A stretch of 64,000 bases of DNA from Bacillota bacterium (lineage in GTDB: Bacteria > Bacillota > Limnochordia > DUMW01), in contig DUMW01000027.1 of the NCBI GenBank assembly GCA_012839765.1, positions 1,137 through 65,136 on the forward strand, written 5' to 3'. Both the position numbers and the translations under genes were made by a program. Every line of letters begins with the position of its first letter. Position 1 is the first letter of the stretch. The notes beneath the pieces are model-generated. The model made no database searches and was not told the origin of the DNA. It was given only the letters and a program-made list of their open reading frames with translations. Positions 1-10,500 of this stretch are shown piece after piece.

Positions 1-288
1 ATCCCGGACATAAAAATCATCCAACACCGGCAGAAGCTTGTCCACATCCAGATCAATGCTCTGTCGGAAATGGTCCCAGAAGACCTCTTCATTGCTTCGA
101 CTGGGATCCAGGGAATTGAGCATCGCGGTGGTGGAGGCCAACAGCTGCTTGACGAATTTCTTGGGATCTACGAAGGAAGCCACCTTGGCACCGATAGCTT
201 GCAGGTAGGCCTGCAGGAATTCGTCGTAGCCAAAATGTACAAGCGTACCATCAAGATCAAAAAGCAGTGTGTCAATCAAGAAAGCCAC
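1..288 (-). CDS. HAD-superfamily hydrolase, N-terminal portion (gene runs off the window start)
   Basis: Minus-strand translation of 297..1 reads KSGVAFLIDTLLFDLDGTLVHFGYDEFLQAYLQAIGAKVASFVDPKKFVKQLLASTTAMLNSLDPSRSNEEVFWDHFRQSIDLDVDKLLPVLDDFYVRD. HAD motif I DxDGT(L) is present. An in-frame stop at 298-300 bounds the N-terminus; candidate GTG start near 288. It is absent from the ORF track because the window edge truncates it; the + ORF 70..327 is its antisense shadow. Confidence 0.55.
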   Translation of the reverse strand, partial: MAFLIDTLLFDLDGTLVHFGYDEFLQAYLQAIGAKVASFVDPKKFVKQLLASTTAMLNSLDPSRSNEEVFWDHFRQSIDLDVDKLLPVLDDFYVRD

Positions 289-431
289 CCCAGACTTTTA
301 CCCATAGACTGCCTCTATTCTACATGATCCCTTTGGCAAGAATCAAATGCGGGTTGGCAGGTATCCTAAGTGTTGGCGCAGAACTATTGGGTGACTAGCC
401 CAGTGATTTAACACGAAAGGATGATTCCCCA

Positions 432-1247
432 GTGAAGATTACGTTCCTAGGTACTGCCGCGGCCGAGGGCATTCCTGGCCTATTCTGTCGATGCTCCATC
501 TGCCAACACGCCTGGGTGAACGGGGGCAAGGATGTGCGCGCCCGTGCCTCAGTCCTGGTAGATGATATTTTCAAAATCGATTTCGGCCCCGATAGTTACC
601 AGCAATCCCTTCGTGCCCAGCAACCTTTGCATCAAGTAAAACATCTGTTAATCACCCATACCCACAGCGACCATTTCTATCCTGAGGATCTGCATATGCA
701 CAAGCAACCCTTCATTGCCGCATCTTCCCCGGGGCATCTCCTCAACATCTATGGATGTCCGGCGGTAGGAGAAATACTGGAAGAAGAAGCGAAAACCGAC
801 GACAGTGTGGTGTTCCATCCCCTGACGGCCTTCGAGCCCCACAACATCGAGGACGCCACGGTGGTACCCTTGCCCGCAGAACACTCCAGCCGCGGCCAGC
901 CCTTTATCTATCTTTTCCAGCGGAATGGGATCACCCTTCTTCATGGTTACGATACGGGCTACTTCTTCGAGGAGGTCTGGTCCTACCTGGAGGGCAAGAC
1001 CATCGACGTAGCCCTGTTAGACTGCACCGCGGGCAAGTTTCCCAGTAGGGGCCATATGGGGATCCCCAATATTCTCGAGGTAAAAAAGCGCATGCTAGAA
1101 TCCGGAATCGCTACGGAAAAGACGGTCTTTGTGGCCACCCACTTCTCCCACAACGGCCAGTTGCTCCATCATCAACTGGAAGAGCGGCTGCACCCCGAAG
1201 GTTTCCTGGTGGCCTATGACGGTATGGTGTTGGAAATCGAAGCCTAA
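432..1247 (+). CDS. MBL-fold metallo-hydrolase (PhnP/YhfI-like)
   Basis: N-terminus MKITFLGT and HxHxDH motif (HTHSDH). GTG start 11 nt after an AAAGGA RBS. Confidence 0.85.
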   Translation: MKITFLGTAAAEGIPGLFCRCSICQHAWVNGGKDVRARASVLVDDIFKIDFGPDSYQQSLRAQQPLHQVKHLLITHTHSDHFYPEDLHMHKQPFIAASSPGHLLNIYGCPAVGEILEEEAKTDDSVVFHPLTAFEPHNIEDATVVPLPAEHSSRGQPFIYLFQRNGITLLHGYDTGYFFEEVWSYLEGKTIDVALLDCTAGKFPSRGHMGIPNILEVKKRMLESGIATEKTVFVATHFSHNGQLLHHQLEERLHPEGFLVAYDGMVLEIEA

Positions 1248-1261
1248 TTCAGAAGGGGCAA

Positions 1262-1307
1262 AGTCCCAAGGGAGCCAGTGGCCCCTTGGACTTTGCCCTC
1301 CTGCCCA
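1262..1307 (+). terminator. GC-rich hairpin downstream of the MBL gene (possible terminator, no U-tract)
   Basis: GGGCAAAGTCCCAAGGG-agccagtgg-CCCTTGGACTTTGCCC, a roughly 16-bp stem with one bulge. It is not followed by a T-run. Confidence 0.3.
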
Positions 1308-1582
1308 CGAAAGCCAAGGCTCCCAAACAAGCTTTCCCTTCTCCTTTACCCGCTCCCCAGCTAGCATTCGGCGGAAGGAATTGCCCAAGATACCGAGAAT
1401 ATTCTAAGCAGGTGGTCCTTGCTCCCCCCCAAGAGACTTGTACTACCGATCTGAATCAGCCCCGGGATAGGGAGATCCCCAAGCCGTCTTTCAACACGGA
1501 TTTCCGTCGGATAGGTCCCGGGATTAGTTCTGTAAATCACAATCGTTGATGTGCCCATAGTTTTTGTTTAGGAGGACTAGGA

Positions 1583-2575
1583 TTGAAAAGAAAAGCACTG
1601 ATTTTAGCCGACGAACCAATGCTGACGTTAGTCTTTGGACCAAGGCAACGGGCCTTGTTAGCAGAACTCACCGACCTAGAGGTTTTCTCTGGGGATTACC
1701 GGGACATGGACAGTGTCTTGGCCTCCCTGAAGGACGTAGAACTCCTGTTCGGTACCTGGGGGATGAAGACCTTGAACGAAGAGTTCCTGGCCGCGGCCCC
1801 CAAGTTAGAGGCAGTCTTCTATGCGGCCGGTTCCATCCGGAGTTTCGTTACGGACGCCTTCTGGCGTAGTGGCATTACCATCTGCAGCGCCTGGGCCGCC
1901 AACGCCATCCCCGTGGCGGAGATGACCCTGTCCTTGATTGTCCTGTGCCTCAAGCAATTCTTTGCCCACAGTAAGAATTACACCAGTCCCGAAGGATACC
2001 GGCGCCGGCCGGTGGCGGGAGCCTATCAGAGTACTGTAGGACTCATTGGTCTTGGGATGATTGGACGCAATGTGCGGCACCTGCTCAACAATCTGGAGCT
2101 AGATGTACTGGCCTACGATCCTTATCTCTCGGAGGAAGAGGCTAAGGAGTTGAAGGTAACAAAGGTATCCTTGGAAGAGCTTTTCGCCCAAAGTGATGTG
2201 GTCAGTCTCCATGCCCCCAACATCCCCGCAACCCGGCACATGATCCGGGGCGAGCACTTCCGGGTGATGAAACAGAACGCAAGCTTCATTAACACCGCCC
2301 GGGGTGCGTTGGTTCACGAAGGGGAGATGATCGAAGTCTTGCAGCAACGACCGGATATCACCGCCATCTTGGACGTAACCCATCCGGAACCACCGGAGGC
2401 GGGATCTCCCTTGTACACCTTACCCAACGTCATCCTGACCCCCCACATTGCCGGATCCATGGGGCAGGAGTGCTGGCGGATGGCCCAGTTCATGGTGGAA
2501 GAATGTCAACGTTATCTAGCCGGTGAGAAACTGTTGTATCAAGTGACCGAAGAGATGATGAAAACCATGGCGTAA
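1583..2575 (+). CDS. D-isomer-specific 2-hydroxyacid dehydrogenase family (NAD-dependent)
   Basis: Rossmann motif GLIGLGMIGRNV. TTG start preceded by an AGGAGGA SD. Confidence 0.85.
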   Translation: MKRKALILADEPMLTLVFGPRQRALLAELTDLEVFSGDYRDMDSVLASLKDVELLFGTWGMKTLNEEFLAAAPKLEAVFYAAGSIRSFVTDAFWRSGITICSAWAANAIPVAEMTLSLIVLCLKQFFAHSKNYTSPEGYRRRPVAGAYQSTVGLIGLGMIGRNVRHLLNNLELDVLAYDPYLSEEEAKELKVTKVSLEELFAQSDVVSLHAPNIPATRHMIRGEHFRVMKQNASFINTARGALVHEGEMIEVLQQRPDITAILDVTHPEPPEAGSPLYTLPNVILTPHIAGSMGQECWRMAQFMVEECQRYLAGEKLLYQVTEEMMKTMA

Positions 2576-2608
2576 CAAAAATCCCCTACTTTAAGGAGGC
2601 GACGCCCG

Positions 2609-3958
2609 ATGAAGCGCAGTTTGATTGGGATCCTACTTGTCCTTATTGTCTCCTGTGGCGTGGTGGGAGCCACCGGTAGTCTAACCATCTACCAGGATAA
2701 CCTCGGTCTGGTTAAACAAAGGGTAGACATTCCCCCCACCGCCAAAGGACAGAATTTCTCGGTGACCGGGATGGCCACCCAATTGCTTGTGGATAGCGTC
2801 CAGCTGCAGTTAGCCTGCGGCACGTCCATCGCAAGACAGTGGTATGTGGGTGAAGTCACTTCCTACGGAGCGCTTCTGAAGGCTTACGTAGGGAAAGAAG
2901 TGCTGTGGCGATACGAGGAACAGGGTGAGAGCATCACCAAACCGGTAAAGCTAGTGAGGGCGGACAGCGGGTTCACCGTGATCCAAGTGGAGGAAGAGCT
3001 GTGGGTCAATCCACCGGGGACGATCCTCTTCCCGGCCGATACCAGCCCCTTCCACTCGGCTATGTACTTTGAGGTCTCTGAGGATGTGGCCGCCACCACA
3101 GGTAGCATAGCCTATCTTACCCGGGGACTATCCTGGAGCGTCTACTATGACCTCCTCCTATCGGAGGATGAGCAACAGGCCACGCTCCTTGGTCGGGCGC
3201 AGCTGTCTAACCAGTCAGGGGCCTCCTTCACCGATGTTTTGGTACGTCTGGTGGCAGGGGAACTGAACACCGACTCCACCGCAGGAGTTTTCAACTTCGC
3301 CATGGAAACAGCGATGCTAGCCCGGGCCACCGCGGTCCCTGAGTCACAGCAGTTCTTTGAATACTACGTCTACGATCTGCCGGCACCGGTCACCCTCGAA
3401 CAGGGGGCCCGGGTCTTTGTGCCCTTCATGGAGCAAAGGGACCTGACGGTAGAAAAAAGCTACATCTTAGCCCAAAGCAACGCCCTAGATACTACTAAAC
3501 GGTCAATTGAAACATGGATTACTCTACCGGTGGAGGACCCCGTACCCGCAGGACTGGTCCGGGTCTACCAAGGGGATGGCACCTTAGGGGATCTAATCGG
3601 GGAGACCCGCATCGCTCACACCTCTTCAGGTGAGAGGTTGGAATTGAAAGTAGGCACCCCCTTCGACCTCGATGCGGAAAAGGTCATCCTCGATCAGTCA
3701 TCGGCCACCGAGGTCCTTGGCGAATTGCGAAAGACCACCAACACCTACAGGATCGCCATCACCATCGAGAATTATAAGGACCAAGAGGTTGTGGTCACCG
3801 TTCCCCAAGGCCTGCCCTGGGATAATTACGAGGTGACCGTAGAAAGCGGTCATCCCATGCGGAAGATTGAACATCGGCTGGTGGAATTCGATGTGACCGT
3901 GCCGGCCCAGGGTCAGGCTCAGTTGGTCTATGTGGTGGAAACTGTCTCCATCAGATAA
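2609..3958 (+). CDS. Secreted protein, DUF4140/DUF4139-like (MuiA-family-like)
   Basis: N-terminal signal peptide MKRSLIGILLVLIVSCGVVGA. The N-terminal block LTIYQDNLGLVKQRVDIPP...VTGMATQLLVDSVQL resembles the DUF4140 pattern, and a C-terminal LVRVYQGDG block follows. Strong SD TAAGGAGG. Confidence 0.6.
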   Translation: MKRSLIGILLVLIVSCGVVGATGSLTIYQDNLGLVKQRVDIPPTAKGQNFSVTGMATQLLVDSVQLQLACGTSIARQWYVGEVTSYGALLKAYVGKEVLWRYEEQGESITKPVKLVRADSGFTVIQVEEELWVNPPGTILFPADTSPFHSAMYFEVSEDVAATTGSIAYLTRGLSWSVYYDLLLSEDEQQATLLGRAQLSNQSGASFTDVLVRLVAGELNTDSTAGVFNFAMETAMLARATAVPESQQFFEYYVYDLPAPVTLEQGARVFVPFMEQRDLTVEKSYILAQSNALDTTKRSIETWITLPVEDPVPAGLVRVYQGDGTLGDLIGETRIAHTSSGERLELKVGTPFDLDAEKVILDQSSATEVLGELRKTTNTYRIAITIENYKDQEVVVTVPQGLPWDNYEVTVESGHPMRKIEHRLVEFDVTVPAQGQAQLVYVVETVSIR

Positions 3959-3961
3959 GTA

Positions 3962-4000
3962 GGGTGGCGGGAGCCTTTCCCGCCACCCTTTTCCAGCGGT
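3962..4000 (+). terminator. Rho-independent terminator
   Basis: GGGTGGCGGGAG-cctt-TCCCGCCACCC followed by TTTTCC, immediately after the 2609..3958 stop. Confidence 0.7.
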
Positions 4001-4157
4001 CCCCACCCGGACATCCCTGGTTCTCCACCCACTTTTGTCACCGTCCCCAAAAAGGAGGGAACCGCCACCAGGAAGGCGAAGGGATGGAGAAGGAAACAGG
4101 GCTATGCTGCCTTGTGAATCTTTGGTTTACAGAGGAGCAATGTAGTACAAGGGTAGG

Positions 4158-5231
4158 GTGACCGCGGGTTTGAAGGAACAGATCATGGCCTATCTGGCTC
4201 AACAGAAGCGCAAACAAATCGAAACAAGGAAGATCGAGGACCATGTGCAGGCGAGCCTGGGTGAAGACTACTGGAAGGCAGGAGGCTATCCTCTCTTTGC
4301 CCGGAAGATAGGGGAGCTGGTGGAGGAGGGCATCCTTGCCCCCATCAAGGCCTGGCAACGGAATGGCCTGAATCCACCCCTATATAACGGCTATCGGATC
4401 CTGAAGCTAAGGGATAAGGGAGACCCTGACCTTACCAGGGAACTGCTTACCCAGTATCATCCCTTGCTCCAGATGCGCGCATATCTCGACCAACCGGACC
4501 AATACCAGGCGGATCGGGTGTATCTGAAGCTCCTTAGTGACTACTTGACCCACAGGGAACCCCTTTCCACGAAGCTCACCGTAAACGAAAGATCCTTTGC
4601 CATCTTCAATGATGAGAAGTTTCTGGCCTCGCCCCGGGGACAGGCCCTCTTGGCCCGGGTGGGTTTGACTTTAGCAGACCTGCATTGTTATCCCACCTAT
4701 GAACCCTTTTTCTATTACCAACGGGGCATCCCAGAGGGGCAGATCAATGTGTTGATCGTGGAAAACAAGGATACCTTTTACTCCCTAAAGTCCCTCCTGC
4801 AAAGGGGCTACTACCGTTGGGATAATCTCGCGGTGGACCTTCTCGTCTACGGAGAGGGCAAGAAGATCCTCCGCAGCCACAGCTACTTCGAGGAATTGGA
4901 TCAACTTCCGGTTCTCCCCACAGAGTTTTTCTACTTCGGTGACCTAGATCCGGTGGGGGTTAACATTTGGCATCGCCTAAGCCAGGTGCGGCCGGTGAAG
5001 CCCTTCGTCTTTTTTTACAGACACCTGTTACAGGACCATTTTTCCCGGGCCCCACAACTACGGACCAGGCAACAAGTGGGAGAGACCTCCCTGCGGGCTT
5101 TCCTAGCCCACTTTGCCCCCAGGGAAGCCCAATTGATCGAGGAGCTTTTCGCCCGCCATTGCTATTTGCCCCAGGAGGGGCTTCATTTCGCCAAGCTACA
5201 AGCCTTGGCCGCGGGGGGAGAGGAAAGATGA
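4158..5231 (+). CDS. jetD: Wadjet JetD / MksG-like Toprim nuclease subunit (DUF2220-like)
   Basis: Toprim signature: conserved Glu in VLIVENKDTF (about residue 202) and DxD in FFYFGDLDPVG (about 262-264). At 357 aa it is compact relative to JetD. Its stop overlaps the next gene's start (ATGA). Confidence 0.65.
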   Translation: MTAGLKEQIMAYLAQQKRKQIETRKIEDHVQASLGEDYWKAGGYPLFARKIGELVEEGILAPIKAWQRNGLNPPLYNGYRILKLRDKGDPDLTRELLTQYHPLLQMRAYLDQPDQYQADRVYLKLLSDYLTHREPLSTKLTVNERSFAIFNDEKFLASPRGQALLARVGLTLADLHCYPTYEPFFYYQRGIPEGQINVLIVENKDTFYSLKSLLQRGYYRWDNLAVDLLVYGEGKKILRSHSYFEELDQLPVLPTEFFYFGDLDPVGVNIWHRLSQVRPVKPFVFFYRHLLQDHFSRAPQLRTRQQVGETSLRAFLAHFAPREAQLIEELFARHCYLPQEGLHFAKLQALAAGGEER

Positions 5232-6787
5232 CCCATTGGCAGGACATTTTCGCAGGCTTTGCCCAGCGTATGAACAATATTGCCGCCTTCGCCCCCCTGT
5301 TACAGCTAGCCCAGAAGACCTCGTACCAAAGGTATTCCCTACCGTCCCTGGGTTTGGCGGTGATGCTATTCATCCTCGAGGATATGCTTCGGAACACCAA
5401 GCAGAGTACCTACGAGAACATCGCTTCGTTCCTTAGGGAGATAATCCTCCGCCACTACCATGAGGACCTTACCCGGGAGGAGGCCCTAGAGCTAACCTAC
5501 TTCCTCGTCAAAGAGGGCCTCATGAATCAGGGACAACCCCATCAATACACCTACCCCGATTTCGAACGGGGGGAAAACCACACCCATAAGTTCCACTTGG
5601 TGGAACTGGCCGAATACGACGTGGGGGAGCGGAAGGTGCTGCTTAAGCTTTCTACCACAGGCCTTGACCTTCTGTTCAAGACCAAGGAGATATACAACGA
5701 ACTGCAAATCTCCATCGCCCAGTTGTACCTGCGGCAACAGATCCAAAAGGGGGTCTTTGACGGGGCCCTACGCACTGTGGAGGAGCTGGCCTTGGCCGTA
5801 CGCACGGAGAAAGAAAGGATCCAGCGGCTTGAGCAGCGAATTATCCAAGACGTGCTGCAGGTGGCCAGGGAACAGGAACTAGAAAAACAACTGGAGCGCA
5901 TCGACAACCAGCTGCAGCGGGAACAGGAGGTTTTCCGGGAACTGACAGAGCTCATCGACCACACCCTATCCCAGTACCAGGGGGGAAAACTGAGCCCCAC
6001 CGAAGAGGCGGGACTCCAGTCCATGATGACCGTACGCAGGCGACTGTTGGATGTCATCTATGAACATGAATCCTTGTTTAAGGACAAGCTCCGGGTCCAT
6101 CAACTGATGCTGGAGGCCATCGAAGCCATGATCCTCACCTCCTTCACCACGAAGGTGAACTTCGAGACGGAGTTTCTACAGCCGGTGGTGACCCAAAACG
6201 CTCCCATCACCGTCCTGAAAGGGATTATCGATCCCGTATTACCAGTAAGGATACGTAAAGCCTTCCATCCGGCCCGGGCCTTTCTGCCCCAGGTATTGCC
6301 CAAAGAAGCGGAAGAAGAGCTCAGCGCACAAGAGCTTTTGGAACTGGATGCCCAGCGGCAAAGGGAAGCGGAAAGCAGGGAACGGGCCCTGTACCAGGAG
6401 CGTCTAAACCGCCTAGAAAGCTATTTATCGCTCCTTTTGGAGCCTTTGCTCCGGCAACGGGAGATCCCCGTAAGCCAGATCCTAGCGAAGCTAGAGCAAA
6501 AGGATCCGGAGAAATACCGGAAGATCACAAGCCAGATGGACTTTTACGCCTGCCTAGTACAACTGCACCAGCTGGGAGTAGTCCCCATCTACAACGAAGC
6601 CCAGGTAGATCTGTTGGTGCTAGACGATCTACCAAAGGTCTTAGTAAAACTGGCCACCACCAATCCTGCCATCCAGGGGCTCGGAGCCTTTGAAGTGCTG
6701 GCCACCGAAGGAATCATCACCCTGCCGGCAGGCTATGTCATGAGCGATTTTCTACTCAGGAGGGCAAGGGAAGATGGAATGGACTAA
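5228..6787 (+). CDS. jetA: Wadjet JetA / MksF-like kleisin-type subunit (DUF3375-like), 519 aa
   Basis: The track ORF 4967..6787 overlaps the upstream gene. The real start is probably ATG 5228 (MTHWQDIFAGF), with SD GGAGAGGAAAG and ATGA stop-start coupling. The central region is long and helical with charged heptads, and the size and operon position fit JetA. Confidence 0.6.
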   Translation: MTHWQDIFAGFAQRMNNIAAFAPLLQLAQKTSYQRYSLPSLGLAVMLFILEDMLRNTKQSTYENIASFLREIILRHYHEDLTREEALELTYFLVKEGLMNQGQPHQYTYPDFERGENHTHKFHLVELAEYDVGERKVLLKLSTTGLDLLFKTKEIYNELQISIAQLYLRQQIQKGVFDGALRTVEELALAVRTEKERIQRLEQRIIQDVLQVAREQELEKQLERIDNQLQREQEVFRELTELIDHTLSQYQGGKLSPTEEAGLQSMMTVRRRLLDVIYEHESLFKDKLRVHQLMLEAIEAMILTSFTTKVNFETEFLQPVVTQNAPITVLKGIIDPVLPVRIRKAFHPARAFLPQVLPKEAEEELSAQELLELDAQRQREAESRERALYQERLNRLESYLSLLLEPLLRQREIPVSQILAKLEQKDPEKYRKITSQMDFYACLVQLHQLGVVPIYNEAQVDLLVLDDLPKVLVKLATTNPAIQGLGAFEVLATEGIITLPAGYVMSDFLLRRAREDGMD

Positions 6788-7529
6788 GGAAGATGTACAA
6801 CTGGCCTTCCGGATCTTCATTGAGCTGTTGGACCGACAGGTGACCGATGAACGGGAGCTGCTTTACGCCTATCAACGGAAAGAAGTCAGGGAGATCCTCG
6901 AAACGGTGATCGAAGCAGAAGCGGGGGTAAAGATCTTCGCCCTCGCAGACCGGCTCTACCTTTCCCCGGGACTAGACAACCGGATCTTCGGCTATACCAA
7001 CGAGGAACTGCGGGAAAAAATGAAGCTCCAGGACAACCAGGAGCTCTACTTGGCGTATTTCACCATCCTATGCCTACTGGCCAAATTCTACAACAGCGAT
7101 GATCAGAGTCTCGCGGCTCGGCAGTTTCTGCCCTTGGAGGAACTGGAGGAGACCATCACCGCCTATCTCCAACGGGTTCGGGAAACAGCCCCGAAACAGG
7201 TGGAAGAGGCCAGCCAAGAGCTACAGCTGAACCTAGCCAGCTGTGCGGAGATCTGGCTGGACATGCCCGCCTTCGACGAATCCCTCAAGCATCCCCGACG
7301 GGGCCGGAACAACCGGATCAGTTTCCTTTTGCGGGTGCTGAGTTTCCTGGAGAACGAGGGATTGGTGCAGATCATCCAAGATGCGGAGGTGCGCCTACTG
7401 CCCAAACTGGAGCACCTCATCCTCCGCTATTACTTCCACAGCCAACGGAAAGATGAGTTGTTAGCGCTCCTTTCCACACCCGAAAGCTTTACCAAGGGCC
7501 TAAGGGGGACAGAAAATGCCGCGCATTAA
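6774..7529 (+). CDS. jetB: Wadjet JetB / MksE-like subunit (DUF4194-like), 251 aa
   Basis: It shows 14-nt overlaps with both neighbours (translational coupling). The size and position match JetB; there are no catalytic motifs. Confidence 0.6.
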   Translation: MEWTKEDVQLAFRIFIELLDRQVTDERELLYAYQRKEVREILETVIEAEAGVKIFALADRLYLSPGLDNRIFGYTNEELREKMKLQDNQELYLAYFTILCLLAKFYNSDDQSLAARQFLPLEELEETITAYLQRVRETAPKQVEEASQELQLNLASCAEIWLDMPAFDESLKHPRRGRNNRISFLLRVLSFLENEGLVQIIQDAEVRLLPKLEHLILRYYFHSQRKDELLALLSTPESFTKGLRGTENAAH

Positions 7530-10500
7530 CCGGATTCGCCTAGGGAACATCATCTACGACCACGGCAAAAAACATATTGGAGACATCTGCTTTAGTCTCG
7601 GAGGACAGGATACGGTCTTTTTGTTGGGCAACGGGGGAGGGAAGACGCTCCTGGCTCAACTGGTCCTGCAGACGATTCTCCCCAACGCCCGGTTGGGCAA
7701 CCGAAAGCTTGCGGACCTGCTTCAATCCCAGCGCTTTACAGGACATGTGGCGGTGGAATGGCGGCTAGACAGTACCGGTAGGGCGGAACAGTATCTTTGT
7801 ACGGGGTTTTGCTTCACCAATGGTCTCACCCCCGAGGAGCCCATCCGCTACTTCAACTATCTGTTCGATTACGAAACCAAGGGACCAAAGAACTACTCCC
7901 TCTTCGGGGAAGAAGATGTAGATGGGCAGCTTTCCATCACCCAACTGCCCTTCACGGTGGTGGATGGGGTACTGGGAATCCGGACACCCATCGGCTACCA
8001 AGAACTGTGGGACTGGCTAGAGGAGCGCAAGGACCAAGGGGTACAACTGTTCCGCCAGCAGCCCAAGGTCTATCAGGACCGTCTACGGGTGTATCAGCTA
8101 TATGCAGAGGAATGGGAAAACATCCAGAAGACCAATGGCACCGAGGGAGGCGTAAGCCGGTTCTTCGAACGGGCCAAGACCACCACTCAGCTTTTGGACC
8201 AGCTACTCATCCCCAGTATGGAGCAGGTGATCTACCGCAGTGAAGAACGAAAAAAAGAACTCCTGGCCGGGTTCATCGAACATCAGAACCTCCTTTTACA
8301 GATCCCCCAAATCAAGCAGAATATCCAGGATTTCAATGTGATCCAAGACGAGGCAGAGGGGCTGGTAGAGGAAGTCAAGAAGCTCCATAACAGAGAAGTC
8401 GAGGCCCAAAGAAAGGCCGAAAACCTCTTCCGCCTGGCCCAAGGAGTTTACCGTCAACAACAGGAAAGCAGTAAGCGATGTGCCCACTTGGAGGAAGACT
8501 TAGGCCAAAAACACCAAACCCTCCGGGAACTCAAATGGCAGGAAGCAAGTTACGAAGTCTTCAAGCAGGAGCAAGAAGTTCAAAGGCTAAGGGAACAACT
8601 AACCCTAGCCCAGGAGGAACTGGCCCGGCGCCAAGACCAACTGGCGAAGGCCCAACAAGAGGAACGAAAACTCCACGCAACAATCCAATACCACCGACGG
8701 CAACGGGCCCGGGAAGAACAGGAATACTATGCCCATCAACTGGAGCTTTTAGATAAAGGGGAACCGGAACTGCAGGAAGAACTAGAAACCACCAGTGGCA
8801 AGGCCCGGTTCGCCTGGGAGAAGAAGAGAGAGGAATTCACGGTAGCCCGCCAAAGGACCAAAGAACAGCTAGTCCAACGGGAAGAAACCCTGCAGGAGTT
8901 GCAGGGTAGAATTCAGACCCAGCGAACCCGTCTCGAGGAACTGATCGACACCATGGGCCGGCTAAAGGGTTGGTTTGAACAATACAAAGCTAAAGAAAAG
9001 CAAATCCTGGTCCTGGTCCCCGACCTGAACCGCCTTACGCCCCAGGACACCCTCCGACAACGGCAAAGGATGCTAGACCAACTGGAGAAACAGACGGAGG
9101 CCTGCCGCACAGAGATCGACAACCTCACCCAGGAAATCCGTCAATGGTGGGAACACAACAGGGAATTGACCGGGAAACTGGCCATCCTGCAAGGACAACT
9201 GACCGGGATCCAAGAAAACCTCGCCACTTTTGGGCGGACCAAAGATCAGTTAGTACAGTTGCTCCATGGGGCGGGGATCTTTATCCGGGATCCCTTTGAA
9301 GAACCGGGACTTTTAGCCCGCGTCCATAGTTTGTGGGAGGAGGCCCAGCGGGAATGGATCGCTGCCCAGGCCAAACTGGCCAGTCTCGAGGAAACCGCGG
9401 CCACCATCACCCACAGCGAATACTTCGTCCCCCACCGGGAGCTGGTAGCCATCCAAGACTACTTGGCCCGACTAGACATCCCTGTCATCCTGGGTAGCCA
9501 GTGGCTCCAAGAGCATTTTCAGGATGAGACGGCCCGGGAGGAGTTTTTGAAACAAGAGCCCCTCCTTCCCTTTAGCATCGTCATCGAAGCCGGGCAAGTA
9601 AAGACCATCGGTCGGTACCTGCGCCAGATGCGGGATCTTTCCTGTGAGTTTCCCATCATCCTTTGGGTGAAGGGCGCACCCCAAAGGACTACGTCCCAAG
9701 GGGAGCTTGTATCCATCGGACCTAGGGAACAGTACGTTTTCCTTCCGGAAAGCAGGTCCCTATATACTTCTCCCCAGGCCTTCCAGGAATTCAAGGAAAG
9801 GCTCCAGGAGAGGATTAACGAACAAAGGAACCTGGTGCAAGGCCTCCGGGATAGGGAAGAGGAAAGACGCTATCTGAAAGAACAAACCCAACACTTCTTC
9901 CGAACCTATACCAAGGAGCAAATCCTCCAGTGGCAGCAACAAGCGGAGGAACTTACCAAGCAGTGTGCCGAAAGGGAGAAGGAAATAGGAGACACCAAAG
10001 CCCGGTGTAACGAGCTAGAAGAAAGACAACGTTTGACCCAAGAGAATCTTAGGGACCTAGTGGAAAAACAACACCGCCTGGCAAGCCTGGTGGCAGATCT
10101 CGAGGAGTTTGTGCAGTGGTATCACCAGTACCAAGAGCACCAGGCCACCAAAGCCAAGGTGGAAAGGGAGATCGCCCACCTCCAACAACAGCGGACCCTG
10201 CTCGAAGAGGCCACCTCCCGCATCCAAGGGGAAATCTCCGCGCAAAGGGTGCAGTTAGCTAGCCTAGATAAAGCTTTGGCGGATCACCAAAGGGAACTGG
10301 TGGATTTGGCTTTGGATAGAACAAGCCCCCTGGCTACCGACGAGGATTACGCCACCTGCCGGGCCCACTTAGAAGCGGTAAAACTCCGCTTAGCCCAAAA
10401 ACAGGTAGATCGCCAGAACCTGGAAAAACTCCTGGCCAAGGCCAATGCAGAATACGCGGAGACCCAGGCCCAGATCCAGGCTAGCGGCATCAGCGAAGAG

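Noticed and set aside
70-327. + strand 85-aa ORF at the window start
   Set aside because: It is the antisense shadow of the minus-strand HAD hydrolase fragment. It has no SD and non-protein-like composition.
4967-5227. N-terminal 87 codons of the 606-aa track ORF
   Set aside because: This part overlaps the JetD-like gene in another frame. An internal ATG at 5228 with an SD and ATGA coupling is the real start.
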